Shown one piece after another: positions 12,320 through 25,916 of a stretch of DNA of 64,000 bases (the stretch's first letter is position 1; every line of letters starts with the position of its first letter). The notes beneath the pieces are model-generated. The model was not told where the DNA came from, ran no database searches, and was given only the letters and a program-made list of their open reading frames with translations. Both the position numbers and the translations under genes were made by a program. Source of the DNA: Raillietiella orientalis (lineage: Eukaryota); NCBI GenBank assembly GCA_036172245.1, contig JAYWIR010000001.1, positions 248,001 to 312,000 of the forward strand, read 5' to 3'.

Positions 12320-14570
12320 GGTTCTACCACGTAGTATAAAGAAAACATGGAACCCGCCAAGTACCACCGGTAGCCTACCGGTGAGGTCCACTTCCGCAGC
12401 GCAGGGGAAGAAGGAAAAACGGAAAACAAACAAGCAAGCAAACACAAAAAGCACGGGAGAGTTTTCTCGTGGAAGGGGAAGTCGAGGAAGGGATTGCTAT
12501 TCGCTGCGAGGCATGTTCTGCATCCTGCTCAGGATGCTGGCAAGTTTGCTCTGGATGCTGCTGCCCAGGCGGGGCCATCTTATGGAGGCCCTCAAAAAGA
12601 TTCGCGTTCAGTAGGTTGCGTGTTCTGCATTCCGGCCTCTTCTTTCTGTGTTCCAGGCCACCCCTCGAAGACCGCAGAGCACCACGAGGGACACGGCTGG
12701 CAGCAGTGAGGCACGCACGAAGCGTTTGAAGAGATGAAGGCCTGGGCTAGAGGAATCCAAGCGTCGTCGCGAGGCGATCTTAGGGAGGTCGCAAGGCAGC
12801 ACATGCGAGGGAGCAGCAGATGTGGGATGGTCTTCCTCTCTCCCCTCATCTGTCGCAGGTTTCATCCGCAATCCCCGTGCCCAATGGTGAAGGCACTCTG
12901 CATGGGATTCCCTCATGAACCTCCAGCAACGCCAACTCCTGCCAATTTAGGGGAGGGCGCCACTATTTTAGCACGCTGGGAGACACTTCACATTCTCGGA
13001 GGGATTGAGAGCTCCAGCTAGAAGTCCTTGGGGTGAGACTCGGGGTCGCAGCGTCTGTGACCTGCCGTGCTTTTCACGCACCTGGAAGTTTCTTCCTCGC
13101 TGCGATGCTGCAGAAGGACGCCTTCCACCTCGCCGGAAGGTTGCCGTTCCTTGCTTCCCTTAGGGAGGGCAGCGCTAGGGCAAGGGGGGTGAGAGAAGCC
13201 CGCGGCATCTTGCTCTACGATCTCCTGCAGCGACAGACGAGCGCTGCTGCCTCGTCACAGGCAGGCGTGCTCCGTGGATCTTTCCTTATCCGGAAACTGG
13301 CTGCTGCAGCCAGGCAGTAGGTGCAGTTCGCTGCGAGCCAGGGGGTCCAGTTGTTCTCCACCAAGGCGACCATCTGCCGAAGTTGGTGGCCTCCATGTCA
13401 GTTCGTTTGGCAACACAGAACGACGTGAGTTCCTCGCAGCCGGCTACTCGCTTGAGGATGACACGTGCTGGACGCGCACCAAGGCGTGATCCATAGCTCT
13501 ACCACAAGGCTCGGGTCGAAGACCAGGTCCTCGGAGGGACCCACAACCTCGACTCGAACAAGGAAGTGAAGGGGGGGAGAAGGCAGTTGGCCCCATTGCC
13601 CTACTTTGCATCCCGTTGCGTAGCTTGAAGGGAGGTGCACACGCGATCCCCGACTGCCTGCCCCGAGTGAGCGACTCTGTCCACGGAGCGGATGGAGTGC
13701 TCAGCATCAGTGCGCGGCGGACACCGCGCCGGGCAGAGACCGGTCAGGCGTGGCGGATTTTCTGCCTAGAGACGGTTTCTGTTTCAACATGGCCACCATG
13801 CTATTCGCATCGCTCTACCTCTTCCCTCCTGCCTTTCGCACCTTTCGAGTGCCGGGTGACAAATTCCGAAATCTCTTTGGGTCCCCTCATCCAGATCAAC
13901 TTCATCTAAGAGATATAATCGCAAACGGACCGAGCGGTTGGGTTTACATCCGATCACTCCGGGAGGTTTCTTTAACCCTTTGGGTGCAGAGCTCATCAGA
14001 TGGAAACGTTCCGTGTGGACGGCACGCGAGTCGCAGTTGGACGGAATGAGTTTTCGCGTACCGCTCACTCCATCCAGGTGCCGACTGACCACATAAAGTG
14101 ATGATTAAAGTCACTATTGTAATTGTTTATTTACACCACATTAAGTATCATATTTTCATTTCTCCCAAACTCTTATTCATCTAGACACGATCATTATAAT
14201 TCCAATAAAATCAATAATTCATTCACTTTTTTAAGATATCACAAGGATGAAAAACAACATAAATTCTATACAACAACGAGAAAAACCAACAAAACTTAGC
14301 CGACATAAATAGAATTTTGTTTACTGTGAAGCAAATCATATGCACGTAGGTCAAACATTGATAGTGCCAACTTCTGTACAAAAGATTTGCCAAACGCATA
14401 TGTGTGTCCACAGTCCATGTCGACAACTTTCGCTGAATGCATCCATGCGTCCATAGCACTCAAAGGGTTATAAGATAAATCCCGAAGCGGAAGAACGGTG
14501 TTTCTTGAATGCAAGAGATCCCAGGAAAAAGAAGTTGATTGAGGGTGACCACCGGCAAACAGGCCGTCTT
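12320..14570 (-). mobile_element. CR1/L2-group LINE RT and 3' relic, interrupted by the piggyBac MITE
   Basis: WPRLG...LASILSRMQ and GLHLFKRFVR motifs; DNA similarity to 23600-23710 and 24140-24170. Confidence 0.65.
13976..14467 (+). mobile_element. Non-autonomous piggyBac-type MITE inserted in a LINE relic
   Basis: TTAA|CCCTTTGGGTGC ... GCACTCAAAGGG|TTAT: CCC/GGG termini, 12-bp TIR with one mismatch, TTAA-type target site. Confidence 0.85.
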
Positions 14571-15299
14571 CTAAGGAAGTAGGGAACGGAGGGAGGAGAC
14601 AATAAATAAATGGAAAAGAAGTCTGTCTTTGCGACCTTTGGTGTCAACCTTTTCCTTTTCCCTCAAGTGACGTAAGCGAAGCCGCCGTCGTCTGGCTGGC
14701 GCGCCTGCCGACTGACTGCGAGCGACGTCGCGCAAACGCATCCTCACTTCTCTCATTGGTTTGCCCTTGACCTCCGGCAGGTGTCACCCTTGAGTCTACG
14801 CCTTACACGTACCCTTCCTTTCCGGAAACCTTTGCTTCCTGGTCGTACCAGGTGTCCCCCTGCGTGCCCTTGCGAGGAGTGGACCACTCGGCTACCCGGA
14901 TCGAATTCATCACCCCCACGCGTTACTCCCTTGAATCGTGAGGTCACATCGCCTTCAGGCAGGATGACTGGATGTCTGATTTCCTCCCCTTTCTCGAGGT
15001 CTGAAAGTCTTGTCGAGGACTTGGCGTGGCTGGTGAGTGACAACTACAAAACAGGGATGCTCCGAGCAACAGAAATTCCGAGGCGGACCGGATAACGCGT
15101 GACGCTGGCAACCCTGACTGCAGATGAAGACAAAAAAGCGCTTCCTTCTCTCTCCTCTGGAGTGGGAAACTCAACTACGCATTTCTTTCTCCGGGAATTA
15201 CAGAAAAAAGAACGCAAGCTCCTTCTGTGGTAGAAGTTAGAGGACGTGAATCCATAAATTATAAAGTTTATGAGCTTTCAGGACTGTAAAAGCAACCGT

Positions 15300-16488
15300 T
15301 TCCGAACAAAATCCTTCCAAAATCCAGATCTTGAAAAAAAAAATGCACACGTTTATTATGTATATTAATACACATATTTACATATAGATTAATAGGTAAT
15401 TTTATTTCAATATGCATAGTTATTGAAGTTGATTCATGTACATATTATTAATAGTAATATTATTTCAACATATATATACTCATCAATATTGATTAACATA
15501 CACATTATCAACATAGATAAAAATGTTTATTATAAATTTGTATATATATTTGTATACATATACAGATTCATATATATTATAAAGATTATAAAAATATACA
15601 TATCTGCTTATTATATCTTTGATATAATTATATATTTTAATGTGATTAACATTTTAATATCATATTTTAATAATATTATCAATCTGTATGTAATGGATAA
15701 TCCATTATACACAGATTGATATTCAGATTCAGATACAGAATACAGATTGATGTATTTTCAAAAGATCATAAAAAATAAATATACATGACTGTTATGCATA
15801 TTGATATATATATATTTAGATTTAGATCCATGAGCAAATTTATTTCCACATTTACAGTTTATAAATATAATTAATAATATGCATTAATATCTATTATTAA
15901 GATATACATTGAAGATTACAAAAAAATGTATTTTTAGGGTATACATTAATGTATACTTATACATAAAGTAAATATATGTGAAAGGAATATATGAATATCG
16001 ACTATATTTACGGAACGTTCAAAATCCCGAAAATTCGTCATTTCCTGAGGAAGTTTCGTTTGTTGTGCGTTGGAAATGACAGGAAGATAAAATGCCAAAT
16101 TTCTTTTTTTTTGTGCTCCCTTGATTTGTTTGTTTTTCTAAAGAAAAATCCGCCAGTTTTGATTGCCACCAAAATTTATTTATTTTTCAAAATTCGATCT
16201 TTAAATATCAATTTCATATATATTTATATAATAAATGTACATACTAAACATATTTACTTGTTTGTTATAATCTTGAATATATATTAATACTATAACGATG
16301 CATATTAATTATTGTATCAAAAATATGCACGCTAAAATAAATTTGCACACGAATTGAAATAAATATATATATATATATATGAATATAAATATATATATAT
16401 ATAAACCTCGCATATATGTATTAATATTTATAATAAACATATGTACTTACTAAGATCTTTCGGGATTTCGGCGTTCGGGATTTTGAAC
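15300..16488. mobile_element. AT-rich foldback/MITE-like element, core in + orientation
   Basis: Ends GATCTTTCGGGATTTCGGCGTTCGGGATTTTGAACC; core at about 16015-16130. Confidence 0.8.
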
Positions 16489-16639
16489 CACACCCATGTC
16501 GACAGATGACAGACAGGTCACATCGGTGAAATAATTGGACTCGGTATCAAGAACTAATTTTCATTTTTCTGTTTCCTATTGATTTCCAATTTTCCTTGAA
16601 TTTCGTTCTTCACAACGAGACCAACGAAGAGGATGCAAC

Positions 16640-17400
16640 GTCCCCACTAATGAGAACTTACAACATGTCCTTCCGGAAAGTAAACAGCAATTCTTTAGCT
16701 GGAAGGCTTCTTGAGCTGAAGAAAACAAAAGGCAAAGTTCAGTAAAAGCACAAAGAGCAGCCGTTCCAATGGCTCAGGAATAATGGGATTTCATAATGGG
16801 GACAGAAAGCCCCCACTATTTCATAATTTGGAGGATATCTTCCTGTCCCCATTATGAGAGATCCCAGCTTGGATAGCCCAGACATGGAGAATCTCCTCTG
16901 CCACGGTCTTGAATACTCTGCAACAAAACCACCGGCTCCAAGATCACATTTGTTTATGGTTTTTTTTCTTCGTTTGACTCTCTCCCGAGAAGGATGGATG
17001 TAACTGGGGGGGTGGAGGGTGGGGGTGGGGGATCTCTGCTATTTTGAGTACTCACGTTCACATTAGCGCGCCTTACATGAGACAATGGCTACAAGCCACT
17101 TCCGGAACAGTCGATATTCTGAAGGATGGGGGAGTGGCAACAGGGTTGGCTAATTACCCAGAATGACGAGGCAGCGATTGGTGAGGCATGCTGACGCTTC
17201 CCTGTCTCTCCAGCTGCTTTGGGGTGAGCGAACGGGCGTGCCCAGACTTCTTGGTATGTTTTATTCGCCTCAAGTCCTCCGAAGTTCATGGCGCTGGCGA
17301 CCACGTAATCCCGGAGGACTTGTCCGAGCTGAAAAATGGAAATGAAGCAATGCCCACTTGCAAGCACGTAAGCAGTGGACTCTGACTTGGGGCGAGCCCC
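16640..17400 (+). mobile_element. CR1/L2-group LINE RT relic in + orientation
   Basis: SNSLAGR..., ISSATVLNTL, LANY..RQRLVR and CFGVSERACPDFLVCFI occur in the expected RT motif order. Confidence 0.45.
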
Positions 17401-17489
17401 CAAATCCTTCCGTGCACCCTTTTTTCCTCCCCCGTCCCCTGGTGGCTTCTCTAGGCCGAAGTAGCAGTGCCAACCCTCTTCGGCGACCT

Positions 17490-18420
17490 CCCCGCGCGCG
17501 ACACCGAGCGTCGCGGGTTCGAATCCCGCCTGGAGAAGGATCGACCCTCCGAGAAATGTGGGGTCCCTATCCCCCCGCAGGATGGCGCTGGTCGGCTTAC
17601 ATTGGAACCGGACGCCCCTGTTGACCGACCGGGATTGGAAATGAACCCTCCAGAAATCCAGGAGCCCTTCCGGGTTTTCCTCCGGCTGTGCAAATGGAGC
17701 CATACCCCCTTCCTCGGGGGGTCGCCTCTCCAGAGCGCTAAGAAGCGCGCTGCTCCCTTCGGGGAGCGCCCTCCAGAGAAACTGGGAAGTATCCCTTCGG
17801 AGTTCTCTTCAGAGGAGGAGGAACGAAGAATGATTCCCTCCGAAGGAGAAATTACAGGAGCGACTCTTTTTCAGGGGTTCCTCCGGAGAGAATGAGGAAG
17901 AAGAGCTTCCGATGCAGTCGGAACGAGAGCTTTTGGTACTTACTGTGCGTGAAGTGACCACTGACCACTTCAAGATGGCCATATATTATTTATATGCACG
18001 TGGTCACGAAAGCCAGCAGAATTTTTCATCCTTTCTCTGTGGCTGCGTGGCCCTTTGGGGTTCTTCTCCTGTTGTGAAAATGGAGCCGTCGATACCTTCC
18101 CTCGGGAGGTCTCCTCTACAGAGTGTAAGAAACGTGCTGCTCCCTTCGGGAGCGACCCTTCAGAGAAATTTGGAAGCGTCTCTTCGAATTTCTCTCCAGG
18201 GAGAAACAAGGAGCGGATCCTTTCTGGGTTCCCTTCGGAGACAACCAGGTTCCCTTTGGCATTCCTCACCAAGCGTAGGAAAGGAACGGACTCTCCTATC
18301 TCCGGAGCCTTCCTGGGTGAATAGGGTGGGTCCCTACTTAAAGAGTTCGGGTGGCGCGGACAGCGTCGAAGAGCTCCGTGAGCCCCCAGGCGAACGGTCC
18401 TTCATCACTTCTCATCAAGA
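17490..18420 (+). mobile_element. tRNA-like SINE with partly duplicated body
   Basis: B-box GGTTCGAATCCC at about 17516; the body block CTCTCCAGAGCGCTAAGAAGCGCGCTGCTCCCTTCGGG recurs at about 18115. Confidence 0.7.
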
Positions 18421-18806
18421 GCGCGTGCTAATTTGAAAAGCTCGAGATGTGAACATATACGTAGCTGAATCACAACTGAAAGCAGCATTAGGGAAGAAGA
18501 GATTAGCTGGTGGCAACCACAGCATTTGTCGGGATCCTAATAGCTCGCGATGCACCGCACTGCTGCAGTTCAGCTGCTGAGGCTGGGCACGAGGTCACAG
18601 AGAAGAACCGGTGAAACAGGACGGCAGTGCAGTGCCGTCAGCATAACATCAGGAGAGCCGCTTCTCATGAAAGCATCTGCAACTGTTACGAGATGCTTCA
18701 GCGGGGGGTCACCAGGAAACTGTTAAAGATCCGTGGGGTGCGTTGGGAGAGGGAGGAAATGGGGGTCCATCAACTATGGGGGAGGTTGAGATCAGAAGCA
18801 CTTTAG

Positions 18807-19385
18807 CGTTTAAGTGCTATGGACGCACAGATGTGTCCGACAAACACTATCAGCGTACGCTGTAAATGCAAACATGGATTGGGCGAAAATTACAGGCGTG
18901 GACTGTGGACTCACTTATGCACTTGGAAAATGTTTTTACCTCGTACACGCGACATAAGTGAGCACTATCAATGTTTCACTTACGTTCTTATAGTAACCTT
19001 AGCAACGACAAGAAACGAAATGCCACTCATATCTTCTGACCGTTCGCCGGTTTTTCTCGGTGTCGTACGGAATTCATCACAGTGTGTTTTTCACCTCTGC
19101 GATGTCTTAAAAATGGGAATGAGTTTTTGATTGGATTGGAATTAGAATTTCTAAATGCACAACATGTGTTTGGGAGAAGCGAAAAATTTTTTCATCTAAT
19201 GCGGTGCAAATGAACAACTCCAATGGCAGCTTCGTAAAGTCAGCACTTTGTAAAAAGTCAATCGGTGGCACCGCTGATGGCGCACGCGGAACGCGAAAGG
19301 GCAGTGCGTCCACAGAGGGCGCCACTGCGACTCGCGTGCCGTCAACGCAGGACGTTTCCATCCGACGAGCTCCGCACCCAAAGGG
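18807..19385 (-). mobile_element. Second copy of the piggyBac-type MITE, inverted
   Basis: Ends GCACCCAAAGGG|TTAA; interior is collinear with the reverse complement of 13976-14467. Confidence 0.8.
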
Positions 19386-19933
19386 TTAATGAACAGATGC
19401 ACGTTGCCCTCACTCTGAGGAAGCTGCGTTTATGTCTCGGAATAAGATGAAGAAACAGAAGCTGGCTTGAAAGGGGCGTGTCGAGGAACCCAGGAAACCG
19501 AGACCGCGCTCAGACTGCAGTTGGTGCGTGGAGGTTCTTCGGGAACTTCCAGGCACGGAAAGTGTGTTCCGGTGCGAACGGAAATAATCGGAACGTGGCC
19601 ACCGGGCTAACGGGAATGCCGCATTCGAGGAAGATGGCAAATTGGCTGCTGGTTGAGTTTCGACCTCAGATTTAAACACCACGGCTGCCAGAACTGACCC
19701 ACGTTTCTTTGTTTTTCTTCCAATTGAGGACACTTTCCTTGAACCCGAGAATGCGCCCCGGAACTGCTCCCAACGGCATTCTCCATCTCAGTCTCTTCTC
19801 AATCCTTGCAAAGTTCTCCGAGCTTTTCACAGAGGTGAATTTTGCTCAAATGTTCTATCAAATGCTGGCTAAAATTTTCCCAACGCATTGGCAACACTGG
19901 TTTTCAATCTTCAAATTCTCAATGTTCTGCAGA

Positions 19934-21085
19934 GGTTCAGTTCAGCATCCCAAACGATCATAAACAATAAATATACATGTTTACTATATATATTATTTAT
20001 AAATTTGTGTATAGATTAATATACTCTGTTAAGATTATACATGTATGTATGTAGAGATCAAGGTACAAATTTATTTTAACATATACATTTATTAATATAG
20101 ATATTATTCTTAGAATTGATGGCATTTCTTGGTATATATTAATATATATATGTAAATAGATTATTGTGGATAGGAAGACATAGGCGAACATATATTGTCA
20201 AGATTACAAATAAATAAATATATATGTATAATAACTTTATTTCTTTATGATATCTACATTAATATGCATATAGATACAAAAAATATATATAACTATTTAT
20301 AAATAGATATGCCTTTTATGCATAATGATATATACATCTACATGTATAGATTAATATACAAATTTATTTTAACATATACATTTATCAATATGCACATTAT
20401 TCGTATAGATAGTGGTATGTGTTTTGGTGTATCTATATAGATAGATAGATAGATTAATGTAGGCGATTAATAGATAGGTGAATGTATATTAAGATCGTAA
20501 AAAATAAAAAGATATGTTAAATATATGTTAAAATAATTAAGTCAAAGATATGTTAAAATAAAGTTGTTAGAATAAAATCAGTCTACCTATATGTATAGAA
20601 TAAATATGTATGAAATGAATCTATAAATGTCGAGTCATAAAAAATAAAAAAGATGATAAGAATTGAGAATAGTGGGAAAAAATAAGGAAGGAAATAAATT
20701 TAAAGAGGCACAAAGAAAGAAACTTGGCATTTCATCTTCCCTCCATTTCCAAAGCTGAACAAATGAAGGAAACCACGAATCCCATTTTCGGAATTTGGAT
20801 CGGACGATAATTGCTTATAATTCGGTATTATTAACAGTATGCATGTTAAAATAAGTTTATGTATTAATTTACATATAAATAAATACACATACACATAATG
20901 AGTACACACAGTTATTTATTTTTTCAATCGAGGACACTTTGCTTTGGACATGCGCCCGAGAACAAAATATTCTTTGTTAATATGTGTTACTCTGCGTGTA
21001 AGTATTCGTACTAAGATACGTATTTGTTCTCTGCGATCTTCTTGGATTTTGCATTTTCGGGATTCGTGCGTTGAGCGTTCCGATC
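19934..21085. mobile_element. AT-rich foldback/MITE-like element, core in - orientation
   Basis: Degenerate terminal motifs at both ends; reverse core at about 20700-20800. Confidence 0.75.
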
Positions 21086-23479
21086 AGCGCCCGTTCTGGA
21101 GGTGTGAAAATAACAGCAGGATGGACGTCGGCGAGGGCTGCAACGGAAAACCGACTTTCCCCCCCCCCCCAAAAAAAAGCGGATGGTGCGGCACGTGAAG
21201 ACCGACCGCGTGCTCACGGAAGGTGCGTTCCGCCGACCTGACCCGCTGCGGGATCCCTACGGAATGGGAGAATTTGGGAGAATTTCGTCTCCGAAGGAAT
21301 CATTCGCGCCCTCGGCCTCCGTGCGACTACCGTCATTCTCCCCGCTCCGAGATGGTCGAGAAGGCGGTCCGCCGGAAGTCCTCCTCCTCGCCGCTGCTTG
21401 CGCCGGCAGCGGGGTGTGCGCTGGGAGGACCACCAGCATCAGGAAAACTCGGATGCTCCGTCTCGTAGGCGAAGAGCTGCGCGCGAGCCGGTCCACGGGA
21501 TCCGCGCGCGAAACCCGCGAAATTTTTCACTCGGACTTTTCTGAGGCCGGATAAGAATGACCGTGCCGATGAGGAATTTCGAACCCTCCCAGGTTCTCTG
21601 CTGGCTACCACCAAGTTTGTGATGCTGACGGAGGGAGGCGGATTGCCCTCTGACCACTTTTCCCCTTTCTCCCCCCCCCCTCCCCCCCCCCCCATCATCG
21701 ACAAATCGCGCGCAGAGAGATGGCAGCAGACTCTGCGCCATCGAGACGTCGAGAGGCCAGTCTGACACCGGTCATCGAGAGATCCGTACGACCACCTTGC
21801 GCACCCTGCGAGGAGGGAGAGAAGACCTCTCGTGAAATTTTCTTTTGGAAAATGAGCGAGCTTGTTCCGCCGCGAACCATGGAAACCGAATGCTTTGCGA
21901 GGTGGGGAACAAAGAACAGATGCGTTTTTTCACACGAGAGGAGGGGGACATTTGATATTCCTCGTGCTGACGGTGAAGCCTCCCTGATCTCCCTGGTGCC
22001 TTTCAGATGCTGGGCACCAAGGAAATCGGGGAGAGGAAGAAATCAAATTTTTCCGTGACGATGGAAGAATCTTTACAGATCGCCATCCCATGGGAAAATT
22101 GCAGTGTCTTTTAAAGAGGGTCCTGTAAAAAGGAAAGAGCGCTCTCCACACGGCTGCTCGAAACAGGGACGACGCGCAACAGAATCGCCAGTGGTTCCCC
22201 TGGAGAGGAGCTGAGCTTCCCCCAACACCTTCTCTTTGCCGTGCTTGCCTTTGCAGGTGAACGCGTCTTTATGGACCCACCCTTCTCCCAAAAGCTTACG
22301 AAGAACTCAAACCGCAGGAGAGCGGCGAGGACCGCTAGCTCACGGCAGCATCGTGGAGGCAGCGCCCTCTCTTGCCGACGGACAAAAGTGCTCCCCTCTC
22401 TCCAGCTTCCCTCCTGTACCGCGCGCCTCGGCGCGGAGCGAGTTCCGCGTCAGATTCCTCCTGAGGGCTTGGCAGCGCCGCATGTTCTGCACTCCCCGTT
22501 TCTCCCGGTGACGCCCACTGCTAGCTGCTTTGGTGCAGCGAGTCAGCCTGGAAACTCTTCGCCTAACCCCTTACGGGACGATAGGGCATGGGCGGACAGA
22601 AATGGCTGCGCTCTTCGGCAGCGCCGCGAGAACTCCGGAACGGACGAACGAACGGACGTCGGAAGAAGCGCGAAGCGCCAGAGTCCTCCTTTCGGCGCGA
22701 GGGAACGCAGCAGTCACCCAACAGCGGCACGCTTGGCGTTCGGCACGGGAAGTCCTCCTCCTCCGCTGATGCCGCGTGCCCGTGGGGCGAAGGCGAGGGC
22801 TGCCTGGGAAGTAGGGCGGCCTGCGGGAAAAGCCGGAAGCGCCCTCTGAGGTGTTTCAATCCGCTCCCCCAAGGAGCAGTCTGGTGTTGCAGAACCCTTC
22901 AACCGAGCAAGGAAGGGCGAAAACACGCAGAGCGAGAGAGGCGCCGCTGCCGGTGGAACCCGAGCGAAGACGTGGCTTCGGATTGAGGTTCTTGCAGGGA
23001 AGTCTTCGCGGCTCCAAAGTCCTCTCCCCCCCTGCCCTCTCGGCTGGTCGGCGTGCCCATACCGCGACGGTCTCGTAAGGGAAGTTTTTTGCAGAGGGTG
23101 CAGCGGAAGACGCGGGGGCGGTTGAGAATAAGCGGCACCGGCACGAGTAGCCTGGAAGTCGGCTGGTGATTGCTGGCGGCACTCTGCAATTCGTCGGGAC
23201 GGTGCCAGGCAGCGCGTTGCCGTTAGAAGCTGGGACGCCTCGCTTTTCATGATCCCCGTCCTGCTCCCTCCCGCACATCACAGGCAAGGCAAGTGGGAGG
23301 GTGGCTCCTCGTCTGGCTGGAGTGCTCTCCGAAGTCCGCAGGCGACCCTGTGGACTTGGTAGCGGGAAAGGAAGCAGAGAGCGGATTCGATCCGTCACGA
23401 CAAAGAGGACGCAGCTTCATCCGGACAGCGGCAGCAAGGCAGGGCGTGGTTTCACACCCAGTGACGCCGTGGTTTATTA

Positions 23480-24680
23480 TAAAAATGCGAAACATGCCGA
23501 TGTAGGGCCGTGAGCCCTACAACGTTCGTCCGAACATCAGCGTGCAGGTCGCTCGGAACCTGGCGAGTGACCTGCACGCAGACCGTCGAGGTTCGCCTGG
23601 GTTGGCGGAGGGGGGGAGGGATCCCTATCCGCTGGAGGGCGTTCTCTGCATCCTTTCCAGGATGCCGGCAAGTCCCATCCGAGTGTGCCCCAGGTGGGGC
23701 CATCTAGCTGACGTCCGCAGGAAGCGCACGGCAAAGCAGATGGCGTCCCCATCGCGCCGTCCACCTCTCGCGTAGGCAGCAAAGAGCTGTTAGGGATGCG
23801 AAAGGGCTCTGCGCACGAAGAGGCGCTTCGTCACGTCCCCGGGATCGTCCGTCGGTGCACGAAGGGCCGTCGCGTAACGCAATTACAGGGGCCGGAGGGC
23901 AACGCAACGGACAAGCAGCTGGGATTCCCGTACCCCGCACCTGCAACAGTTGAGGTCCACAGCTTCCCGGGTCCAGTGAGACCGGCGGGCGTTGCACGGG
24001 ATACCCCAGTGCAACAACACAAGTGCCGACTCCTGCCACTTCAGGGGGAGGACCCGATTGTTCTTCAGAGCTGGGGGCCACTCAAGGTGTTCCTGTGGGA
24101 TTTCCAGCAGCTCACCCAAGAGCAATAGTCCCTTCGATGGGGCACTTGGAGTCGCAGCATCCGTGAGGTGGTCCTGGTCCAACCACCTAGTTCCCTTGTC
24201 TTCTGATTGATTTCACAACTGACCTCTCATTTGACCGATTGGTTGATGCCCAAGTGTTCCCTGAGGGGAGGGAGGGCAGTGCCGCGGCTAGGGAGGTTCT
24301 GTGGGCTCACACACACATGGTGGGCTGCACGATGACGTCCTACAGTGAGCGGTTGTGGTAGGAGTGCAGCAGTCGTTGCTTCGTCTCCAGACTCGCTTCG
24401 TTCTCCCGGGCCCACGTGCGAACGGTTTCCTGCAACCTGGCACTACCGTTCGCGGACCGGCAAAAGATTTAGTTGTCGGTCAGCTTGGCAACTCGCTGGA
24501 GCTCCAGTCCGCAGCTGGACACATTGCGTCCGCGCCGCCGCGCTAGGAACGAAGACAGTCCCGCGTAGCCGGTGGCTCGCTTGACGAGGTATCGTCAGCT
24601 TCTTGGTGAGTCCCTCACGCCATGAAGAAGGCACGCGCAATCACTGGCACATTTCCTGCATGCTCGCAAGACAAAGACGT
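23480..24680 (-). mobile_element. CR1/L2-group LINE RT relic
   Basis: VTKRLFVRRAL and RWPHLGHTRMGLAGILERMQR resemble W.PH....LERVQR; homologous to 12480-12580. Confidence 0.65.
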
Positions 24681-24689
24681 CCTCAGGGC

Positions 24690-25300
24690 ATGGGAGAACG
24701 GGGAATCGTCCGTGTCCTAGGAGGAGATTCCCTCGGAACCTCGCCGGCGAGACGCCGAATTTTGATGGTGGACAGTCCGTCGGCGGACGGGAAAGGCTGC
24801 GCCGCATCGTCAGCGTGCGCGCCGTGAATCTGCGACGGACGGATGAAAATTTCGACTTGGGGGGCCACCAACGAGCTGAAACGGGAAACCGCAAACCCGC
24901 GTGCACTTCGTCATTCCGTTCCGCGAACGGTAAGGAATGGTCGCTGGCATCAGCGAATTTCTGACGGCTGGGATTTTTCGTGCTGCTGCTCCTGGTGGAA
25001 GACAAAGCGTCTTGCGGGGCCATAATTTGCTCCGGGAGCGCGTAACCCTTGACGAGACGAGCTGCTCTTCTAATGAAACGCCACGGGATCACCACAAATC
25101 ATAAGGTGCAGTCGGAGGGGACGGCCTGCATCCGTTCCTTCGCAGGCGGTTCCTGGATAAACAGCGAAAATCGGGAATGTTTACCGAAAAGCTGGGACGG
25201 GAATCCGTGATTTACGCGCGTGCATCTCCGTGACACGGCTTTGCAGCGCGTAGCCGGTGATCCTCTCGGGGAGATGCGCCCAACGCGGCAGCAGCGGATA
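24690..25300 (-). mobile_element. PIF/Harbinger transposase relic
   Basis: VKGYALPEQIMAP ... RSLSRPP..SKFGVSPARFRG resembles GD.GY.L...LM.P ... LSRAR..VE..FG.L.ARFR. Confidence 0.5.
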
Positions 25301-25409
25301 GACGGTGGTTGAACCCCCAGGCTGAGGAGGGAAGGTTCGCTCCTTCCCGTGTTGGCTCGACTGATGGGACGCCGTCGCTCCAAGCGCAGCAGGAAGCAGG
25401 AAAAAGACT

Positions 25410-25875
25410 TGGCCCGCGCGCCGAGGCACCGGGAGCCGCGGGTTCGAATCCCGCCCGGGGAAGGCGAGAACGGGTGGTGGTGAGGGTTTCGAGTCCCCCC
25501 GGAAGATGACGCTGGATGACTTCGGTTGGCTTCGGGGTGCGGCGTCACCGGCGGAAGCCGGATGTCCCCGTTGACTGGCTTCCGGGTTCAGAAACTGACT
25601 CCTCCTTGGTCACTCCAGGAGTCTAGAAGCAGCGGTCCCCTTCGGAGTTGCCCCACCCTAACTGGAAGAGTGACACGCCCCCTCGAGTGGCGTGGACCGT
25701 GTCAAGGAGCTTCGTGAGTCTCCTGCAAGGACGGACGAACGGTTCTTCAGCACGCCCTGAGAACCAAAAAAAAAAAAAAAAATGGAAGGGAACCAGCGGA
25801 AACAGAACTCAAAGGGATTTCCACCATGCTAGGCGAATGGCAGCGACCTTCCCGTGAGGTAGCTACTGGCCTTTT
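25410..25875 (+). mobile_element. tRNA-like SINE, internally deleted
   Basis: GGTTCGAATCCC at 25441, second GGTTTCGAGTCC at about 25485, A-run at about 25765, shared tail beyond the A-run. Confidence 0.7.
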
Positions 25876-25916
25876 TAATATAAAAGAGAAGAAAAGAAAA
25901 GAAACGTTGCGACATA

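Noticed and set aside
15423..16287. Hydrophobic Ile/Tyr/Asn-rich ORFs in AT islands, or an organellar insertion
   Set aside because: These are translations of foldback subrepeats; no mitochondrial gene motifs are present.
17516..17530. tRNA genes at GGTTCGAATCC motifs
   Set aside because: No cloverleaf can be formed, and each motif is followed by the same repeat body, so these are SINE heads.
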